A stretch of 39,644 bases of DNA from a virus (Duplodnaviria; Caudoviricetes). A program made the translations under genes and the position numbers. Below are positions 33,222 to 39,644 of the stretch, piece by piece (position 1 is the stretch's first letter; each line of letters begins with the position of its first letter). Below the pieces are notes generated by a model. It made no database searches, had not been told where the DNA came from, and saw only the letters and a list, made by a program, of their open reading frames with translations. Location of the stretch: positions 1 through 39,644 of IMG/VR virus record IMGVR_UViG_3300031954_000030, one strand, 5' to 3'.

Positions 33222-35860
33222 TGACGGCCACCCTTTCGCAGCAGGTGACCCGGGTCGGGTCGACTAAGCCGCGGATCTACACTCCGCCGCTGCCGGAGCA
33301 TCTTGACGCGCTGGGCTGGATGGCCCGGGACTGGTCCTGGGGATATGACTGCATCGATTTTTTGGAACAGTGTGTGGGCTGGTCGTTGTTGCCGTGGCAG
33401 CGTTGGCTTTACATCCATGCGTTGGAGAAAGGCGCGGATGGCACCGGGTTTCGGTTCAAGTTTCTGCTGGTGTTGGTGGCCAGGCAGAACGGGAAATCGC
33501 AGTGGCTTAAGGGTTTAGGTTTGTGGCGGTTGTTCGCTGATGAGCGCGGCGAGATTCATGAGGGTTGCCCCGGGGCGAAAGGGGCTTTGCTTGCGTGTCA
33601 GAACTTGCAGTACGCGGAGCGGATGCTTAAAGAGGTGGCGTTGGAGATCAAGAACAATCCGCGGTTGCGCCCGGAGATGACGCGGCACCGCACCGTTAAT
33701 GGTCAGAATCGTATTGATTTGACGAATGAGCGGTATTGGCATGCGGCGGCGGCGTCGCATCGGGGTGGGCGGTCGATGTCGGTGGATATCGTGATGCTCG
33801 ATGAGTTGCGGGAGCATAAGACGTGGGATGCGTGGCAGGCGATCGTGCCGACGACGACGGTGCGGCCGTATTCGCAGATCATTTGTTGTTCGAATGCGGG
33901 GGACACCTACAGTGAGGTGTTGCGTACCCAGCGTGATGCGGCGTTGCGTCGTATTACGACGGGGGAGACTGAGTTTACGGATATCGGGATGTGGGAGTGG
34001 TCGGTGCCGATGGAGGTGGATCCGGCTGATGAGTCCTATTGGTATCAGGCGAATCCGGCGATGGGGTTGTTGAATTCGTTTCGGTTGGAGGATCTGCGGG
34101 GCTATTTGGAGGCGCAGCAGTACCGGAATATGCCGGGGTTTCAGACCGAGCATTTGGCCTTGGATGTAGAGACTCCTGTCTTGACAACCGATGGCTGGAA
34201 GACGATGGCGACCGTCGTGGTGGGTGACCAGGTGTATCACCCGGACGGACATCCGGTCGATGTCGTACGCACCACTAGGGTGTTCGATGAAAGAGACTGC
34301 TTCGAGGTCACTACCACGGACGGACGCAGCGTGGTGGTCGATGGCGATCACCGTTGGACCGTGAACGATCGTCGCAGTAATCGCGGCTGGGAGACGCTGA
34401 GCACTCGCCACCTCCTCAGCAATGGCCTGCTTCGTAATCCAATCTCCGGGGGACGGTACGCCTATCGTCTCCCAACCCAGCGGGCAATCGTCTCTAAGCC
34501 AGTAGACCTGCCGGTGGACCCCTACCTTCTCGGCGTATGGCTTGGTGATGGGACCGCCGGAAAAGCCGAGATCACTTGTATCGAAACTGAGGCTGATGAG
34601 CTGATCGATTTGCTTGGCGTTGGTATCACCTCGATTAGGCAGGTCGGCAACGCCCGGCGGATCAACTTCCGCATCACAGCGCGCAAGTCACGCGACGGTT
34701 TTCCCGCGCGTTGCCGTGAGCTGGGCATTTGGACCGACAAGCGTATTCCCGATGTATATCTGACTGCGGGTAGCGAACAACGCCTGGCTTTGCTTCAAGG
34801 ACTGCTCGATACGGACGGCAGCATCGACGTTAACGGCAGGGTTCGGTTCTGCTCGACACTCAAAGAGATGGCTGAACAAGTTCTGTACCTGGCGCGATCT
34901 TTAGGCTGGCGTGCCACCATGGTGGAAGGCGTCTCGCGGTACGCAGAACGTATCTATGGTGCCTCGTATTGTGTGGGTTGGACTCATGATGCGACCGAGC
35001 CTCCCCCATTCCGTCTGCGCCGCAAGCTGGCACGGGTACAGACGCGACCATCCAGGGCGGGAGAGCGCACATCTATCAGTATCCGATCAATAGCCGCTGT
35101 ATCCCGTCGCGCGACACGCTGCATCACGGTGGGCAGTCCTGACAGTTTGTTCCTGGCCGGACGTGACCTGATTCCTACGGCGAACTGTCAGTGGGTGGAT
35201 TCGTTGGAGCCGGGGATTATTCCGGCGGAGCATTGGGCGGAAACGATGGACGGGGCCAGCCGGCGGGCGGCGGGGGCGCCGGTGTATGTGGGGGTGGATG
35301 TCAACTATTTGCGGGCTCGTAGCTATGTGGCGGTGTGTTCAGAGCGGGGGGACGGTAGTCAGCATGTGGAGGTGATCGCGGGGGCGCTGGGCACGGATTG
35401 GGTGATCGACTGGCTGGTCACTAGGGCCGATCAGTATGCCGGGATTGCGGTGCAAAAGACTGGGGCGCCGGTGTCGGGGATGATTCCGGACATGCTGGCG
35501 GCCAGGTTGCCGATCACCCCCGTGAACACCGGGGTGGAGTTGCAGTCGGCGTGTGGACTGCTTTATGACGGGATCTGCGAGCACCGCATTTTTCATCGTC
35601 CCGCACCGTTGTTGGATCAGGCCGCCGCCTCGGGGGTGGGCCGCAACGCCGGGGATGCCTGGATTTTTGACCGCCGTAACTCTCCGGTGGATGTGGCGCC
35701 GTTGGTGGCGGTGTCGCTGGCGGTGTGGCTGGCGAACTATACCCCGGATGTCAAGAACCCGGTGTGTCACCCCTGGCCGGATCAGGAGGTTATCGCATCA
35801 TGGGAGCAGCCGCCGGTACGCCTGGACGATGAACTGGAGCGGGCATGGATGAGAATGTGA
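33218..35860 (+). CDS. terL: Terminase large subunit containing an intein
   Basis: LLPWQ, Walker A VARQNGKS, Walker B VMLDELREH, coupling motif SNAG, nuclease motifs VGVDV and DVAPLVA. Confidence 0.93.
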   Translation: MMTATLSQQVTRVGSTKPRIYTPPLPEHLDALGWMARDWSWGYDCIDFLEQCVGWSLLPWQRWLYIHALEKGADGTGFRFKFLLVLVARQNGKSQWLKGLGLWRLFADERGEIHEGCPGAKGALLACQNLQYAERMLKEVALEIKNNPRLRPEMTRHRTVNGQNRIDLTNERYWHAAAASHRGGRSMSVDIVMLDELREHKTWDAWQAIVPTTTVRPYSQIICCSNAGDTYSEVLRTQRDAALRRITTGETEFTDIGMWEWSVPMEVDPADESYWYQANPAMGLLNSFRLEDLRGYLEAQQYRNMPGFQTEHLALDVETPVLTTDGWKTMATVVVGDQVYHPDGHPVDVVRTTRVFDERDCFEVTTTDGRSVVVDGDHRWTVNDRRSNRGWETLSTRHLLSNGLLRNPISGGRYAYRLPTQRAIVSKPVDLPVDPYLLGVWLGDGTAGKAEITCIETEADELIDLLGVGITSIRQVGNARRINFRITARKSRDGFPARCRELGIWTDKRIPDVYLTAGSEQRLALLQGLLDTDGSIDVNGRVRFCSTLKEMAEQVLYLARSLGWRATMVEGVSRYAERIYGASYCVGWTHDATEPPPFRLRRKLARVQTRPSRAGERTSISIRSIAAVSRRATRCITVGSPDSLFLAGRDLIPTANCQWVDSLEPGIIPAEHWAETMDGASRRAAGAPVYVGVDVNYLRARSYVAVCSERGDGSQHVEVIAGALGTDWVIDWLVTRADQYAGIAVQKTGAPVSGMIPDMLAARLPITPVNTGVELQSACGLLYDGICEHRIFHRPAPLLDQAAASGVGRNAGDAWIFDRRNSPVDVAPLVAVSLAVWLANYTPDVKNPVCHPWPDQEVIASWEQPPVRLDDELERAWMRM
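34157..35185 (+). mobile_element. Class 3 intein (343 aa) with a LAGLIDADG homing endonuclease
   Basis: Starts ALDVETP (Ala1). Block B DGDHRW, block F TRCITV, block G IPTAN followed by Cys+1. PYLLGVWLGDG and LLQGLLDTDG motifs. The exteins rejoin as FQTEHL-CQWV. Confidence 0.88.
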
Positions 35861-36162
35861 CCCCGATCGGGGAACGCCTCGGCAGTGAGCGGCTGTATCG
35901 GCAGGAGTTCCCCGCCGATGACGAGGGCATGTTTTTCGGTTCCAAGCCGGTTAAGGCGCCGAAGCCGGTGGCCGGGCCTCCACCTAGTCCCGAAGCCTCA
36001 ACGGTGGGGGCCCGGCCATCCAGGCGCGGGTGGATGTCGACGGTCCTCGAGCTGGCCGGGATCACCGTGCTGGCGGTCGGCTGCTGGCTGCTGCTGCCGG
36101 CGATCGGGCTGATCGTCGCCGGGCTGTGTCTGATCCTGTACGGGGTGGCGGCCGGGCTATGA
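35845..36162 (+). CDS. Small membrane protein
   Basis: Two C-terminal hydrophobic helices. Lies between terL and portal. Confidence 0.6.
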   Translation: MDENVTPIGERLGSERLYRQEFPADDEGMFFGSKPVKAPKPVAGPPPSPEASTVGARPSRRGWMSTVLELAGITVLAVGCWLLLPAIGLIVAGLCLILYGVAAGL

Positions 36163-37466
36163 GCATCCTCGCCCGCCTATTAGACAGCCACCCTCGCGGC
36201 CGCGAAGATATGGAGATAAGAGCCCTAACATCCAGTGCTTTTGTCCCGCCTCCCCAAGTCGGGGTAATTGACGACTTCGTGGGAGTCCATCGGGCGATGG
36301 CGAACATGACCGTCTACGGCTGCATCCGGGTGCTGGCCGACACCATCGCCTCACTGCCGTGGGCGGCCTACCGCCGCGACAAGAAAGGGATCCCGGTCAA
36401 GCTGGATCCGCAGCCCCCGATCATCCGCCAGCCGTTCCCGGGGTTCAACCTGTTTCAGTGGCGTTGGATGGTGGTCAGCAATCTGGGATTGCGCGGCAAT
36501 TCGTATCACCTGATCACCAGCCGGGACAGCGCGGGGACGCCGACGGCGATCATGCCGCTACACCCCGACCTGGTCTATCTGGAACGCCGGGGGGACATGC
36601 TGGCGTGGTTCGACCCGATCTACCGGGTGATGGGCCAGGCGGTGAATAAGAACGACATTGTGCATATCCGCCGGTTCACCATGGCCGGCGAACCCTGGGG
36701 ACTCAGTCCTATAAGGCAGGCGGCCACCGCCATCGGCTTATCGTTGTCGGCCGAGGAATACGGGTACCGGTGGTTTAAGGAGAGCAGCAACCCCAGTGGG
36801 TTGTTGATGACCGACCAGAACCTGGACCCCGACAGTGTGGAACGCCAGCAGCAGAACTGGATCGCCTCCCACGGCGGGCGCCGCCTGCCCGCCGTGTTGA
36901 CCGGCGGCTTCAAATGGCAAAACCTGTCGATACTTCCGGAGGAGTCCCAGTTTTTAGAGACCCGGGAGTTTCAGCGGACCGACATCTGCATCATGTTCGG
37001 CGTCCCCCCGGTCCTGCTGGGGGATACGAAGGCCACCACCGCGTGGGGCACCGGGATCCAGCAGTTGACGCAGGGGGCGATCACCTTCTCGTTTAGGCCG
37101 TGGGTGAACTGCATCGAGAGCGCCCTGTCCGATCTGCTGCCCCGCGGCCAATACGTCAGCTTTGATTTCGACGCCCTGCTCAAGGGTGACATCGACACCC
37201 GCTATAAGGCGTATCAGACGGCGATCCAGGCCGGGTTCGTCAACCGCAACGAGGTCCGCGCGAAAGAGGAGATGGAGCCGGCGGCCGATTTGGATACGTT
37301 CCTGCAGCCGGTGAACATGGCCCCCGCCGGGCATGACCCCGCGAAAACCGCCGCCCTGCAAGCCAAAGGACCGGCTGGGGAGAAACCCGCCGATTCTGAG
37401 CCCGGCTTCGGTGGGCGCCCCCAAACCCCGTCAACCAACGGATCCCCCGTAGGAGCAACACCATGA
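36159..37466 (+). CDS. Portal protein (HK97 family)
   Basis: VYGCIRVLADTIASLP, LRGNSY, GLSPI, QFLETR, FGVPP, NEVRAKE. ATGA overlap at 36159. Confidence 0.93.
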   Translation: MSILARLLDSHPRGREDMEIRALTSSAFVPPPQVGVIDDFVGVHRAMANMTVYGCIRVLADTIASLPWAAYRRDKKGIPVKLDPQPPIIRQPFPGFNLFQWRWMVVSNLGLRGNSYHLITSRDSAGTPTAIMPLHPDLVYLERRGDMLAWFDPIYRVMGQAVNKNDIVHIRRFTMAGEPWGLSPIRQAATAIGLSLSAEEYGYRWFKESSNPSGLLMTDQNLDPDSVERQQQNWIASHGGRRLPAVLTGGFKWQNLSILPEESQFLETREFQRTDICIMFGVPPVLLGDTKATTAWGTGIQQLTQGAITFSFRPWVNCIESALSDLLPRGQYVSFDFDALLKGDIDTRYKAYQTAIQAGFVNRNEVRAKEEMEPAADLDTFLQPVNMAPAGHDPAKTAALQAKGPAGEKPADSEPGFGGRPQTPSTNGSPVGATP

Positions 37467-38698
37467 CCAGCACCGCCGCCCGGCACGCTAACCGGGTCAA
37501 CCTGCTCAACGTCCCCGAAACCCGGGCGGCGTGCCCGTTCGAATACCGCCAAGACCGCGACGGCCGGATCGTGCTGGAAGGCTACGCCGCCACCTTCGAC
37601 CCCTACGACGTGTACGGCGGCCCCGATAAAGGCGGCTGGACCGAGCAGCTGCAGCGCACCGCGTTCGACGTCACCCTGGCCAGCAAACCCGACGTGATGC
37701 TGCTGGTCAACCATGAGGGGATGGCGCTGGCCCGGACCACCACCGACACCCTGTTCCTGGCCCGCGACCGGGCCGGCCTGAAAATCCGGGCCCTGCTCGA
37801 CCCCGCCGACCCCGACGTGCAAAGGCTGATCCCGAAACTCAAACCGCAAGCCAACGGCCGCTCCAACATGGACGAAATGAGCTTCGGGTTCCGGGTCAAA
37901 GACCAGCTGTGGGATCAGTCGTACACCCAGCGGACCATCACCGAGGTGTCGCTGCACCACGGCGATGTCAGCGTGGTGAACTACGGCGCCAACTCGGCGA
38001 CCCAGGTGGCGATCGGGGACGCGCTGGAGGCCGCCGCCGCCCTGTCGGAGGGGCAGCTGGTGGAGTTGCGCCGCCTGGACGCGAGTCTGGCTGATGCTTT
38101 GGACGCGGTCGCCCACACTTACCGCGCCGACAAACCCAAAAAGTACGCCGAGGTGGAGAATTTCGGCGATCCCGGCTACCTCGACGCGCAGGGCAATCCC
38201 GCCAAAGGCGGCAACGGTGTGAAACGCTACCCGCTCAACACTGCTGCGCGGGTACGGAACGCGGCGGCCCGGCTCGCTCAGAACAAGGGCCGCTACACCG
38301 CGGAGCAGTACCAGGCGATCCTGGGCCGGATCAAGTCGGCGGGTAAGCGGCTCGGGGTCGACATCAGCGATGACGACAAGAAGTCGGAGCCGCCGATCCC
38401 CTACAGCGCGCCCGCGCCCGCCGTCGTCCGCGGCGACTATCTGCCGCTGGGGCCCGCCGACCCCACCGAAGTCCCCTACACCAAAAACGACGACGAAGAC
38501 GACGAGGAGGATGTCGAGGGGTGTGACGAGGAAGCGTTCGGCTGCCCCACCAACGACACCATCAGCGTGGGCGCGATCAGCGCGGCGCTGCGCATGGTGC
38601 GTGAAGCCGCCGACCCCGCCGGGCTGCGCAGCATCACCGCCCGCCTCGCCGAACTCGACAAGATCCGCGTGTCGCTGCCCCCAACCCTGGCCCCCTAA
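37463..38698 (+). CDS. HK97-type prohead protease fused to an extra C-terminal domain
   Basis: LEGYAATF, LLVNH, MSFGFRV, DVSVVNYGAN. Extra module FGDPG...KRYPLNT...RIKSAGKRLGV (DUF6582-like, from memory). Confidence 0.85.
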   Translation: MTSTAARHANRVNLLNVPETRAACPFEYRQDRDGRIVLEGYAATFDPYDVYGGPDKGGWTEQLQRTAFDVTLASKPDVMLLVNHEGMALARTTTDTLFLARDRAGLKIRALLDPADPDVQRLIPKLKPQANGRSNMDEMSFGFRVKDQLWDQSYTQRTITEVSLHHGDVSVVNYGANSATQVAIGDALEAAAALSEGQLVELRRLDASLADALDAVAHTYRADKPKKYAEVENFGDPGYLDAQGNPAKGGNGVKRYPLNTAARVRNAAARLAQNKGRYTAEQYQAILGRIKSAGKRLGVDISDDDKKSEPPIPYSAPAPAVVRGDYLPLGPADPTEVPYTKNDDEDDEEDVEGCDEEAFGCPTNDTISVGAISAALRMVREAADPAGLRSITARLAELDKIRVSLPPTLAP

Positions 38699-38813
38699 CT
38701 GCTACCATCAGCACCCAGTCGCGAATCTGGCACAGAACGGCGGCGGCCCGGCACGGGCACGGCCGGCACGGTCAACCCCTCACCCTGTCACGCCTAAAGA
38801 AAGAGCCGCCGTC

Positions 38814-39644
38814 ATGCCCAGCACTGATGCCGTCGAAAACAACTCGATGGAAGAATTCCTCAAACGACTCATCGACCAGCGCGCCCAACTGGTGGAAAAA
38901 CGCGACAACCTGGAACGCAAAGCCACCGCCATCCTGATGGTCGCCAAAGACCAGCACGGCGACACCCTGTCCGCCGAAGAAGACGCCGAAGTACGCGCGC
39001 ATGTCGACGAGATGCGGGGCCTCGGGGAAAACATCGAAGCCCTCGACAAACGCATTCAAGAGGTCGGCGAAGAAGTCCGCCGCTCGGGGACCATCGCCAA
39101 CAACCTCGCCAAAGTCCGGCACACCGAACGCGCCGCCGTCCACGTCAAAGAGTCCCGGGTGTACACCGCGGCGAACAAACACCAACGGTCCTATGTGCGT
39201 GACCTGATCCGGTTCACCACCAACCAGGACCACGACGGCGAGTCCCGCCGCCGCCTATTCGACCACGCCCAGGACGTCGCGACCGAACCCGAATACCAGG
39301 AGTATCGCGACCTCTCCCGGGTCGACGGGTCCGGTGGGTATGCGGTACCCCCGGCGTGGCTGATGGACCAGTACGTGACCTATGCCCGCCCCGGCCGCGC
39401 GTTCGCCAACGTCTGCCAACTGCAAAACCTGCCCGGCGGCACCGACTCGATTAACGTGCCGAAGATGCTGACGGGTACTACGGTCGGAATCCAGGCCACC
39501 GACAACTCCACTGTCTCGGAGACCTTCCTGACAGATACGTTCATCAACGTCCCGGTGCGCACGATCGCGGGCCAGCAGGGCCTGGCGATCCAGTTGATCG
39601 ATCAGAGTCCGATTGCGTTCGACGACGTCGTGTTCCGGGATCTG
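38814..39644 (+). CDS. Major capsid protein (HK97 fold), 3'-partial, not in ORF track
   Basis: Hand-translated MPSTDAVENNSMEEFLKRL..., an N-terminal coiled-coil delta domain, then RDLSRVDGSGGYAVPP...RPGR...SINVPK...TIAGQQ..AIQLIDQS. Open to the window end. Confidence 0.9.
   Translation, partial: MPSTDAVENNSMEEFLKRLIDQRAQLVEKRDNLERKATAILMVAKDQHGDTLSAEEDAEVRAHVDEMRGLGENIEALDKRIQEVGEEVRRSGTIANNLAKVRHTERAAVHVKESRVYTAANKHQRSYVRDLIRFTTNQDHDGESRRRLFDHAQDVATEPEYQEYRDLSRVDGSGGYAVPPAWLMDQYVTYARPGRAFANVCQLQNLPGGTDSINVPKMLTGTTVGIQATDNSTVSETFLTDTFINVPVRTIAGQQGLAIQLIDQSPIAFDDVVFRDL

Noticed and set aside
38715-38775. Short GGCAC repeats upstream of the capsid gene
   Set aside because: Too short and GC-rich to distinguish from chance. 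No clear structure could be assigned.

Overview
Near-complete, circularly permuted genome of a GC-rich actinobacteriophage (mycobacteriophage-like siphovirus). The window opens just downstream of the major capsid gene and closes inside it. Order: head-tail joining genes, major tail, frameshifted tail chaperones, tape measure (Rpf and peptidase-like domains), minor tails, lysis cassette (C39-type lysin A, lysin B, holin), a reverse-strand accessory cassette, early genes (HTH, C5 and MT-A70 methyltransferases, exonuclease/HNH/RecT-like, initiator-like), HNH, a probable genome-end region, terminase with a class 3 intein, portal, protease and capsid. The standout is the reverse-strand cassette at about 20145-22631. 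It holds a Ro60/Rsr (TROVE-vWA) gene preceded by five tandem Y-RNA-like units. The units share one covarying Ro-binding-type scaffold, but each has a different middle module: a non-permuted tRNA-like module, a YrlA-type permuted tRNA mimic, an unknown multi-hairpin domain, almost nothing, and a small hairpin. The cassette sits where an integrase/repressor module would be expected, next to an apparently truncated repressor. All calls come from reading motifs by eye; no searches or folding programs were run.
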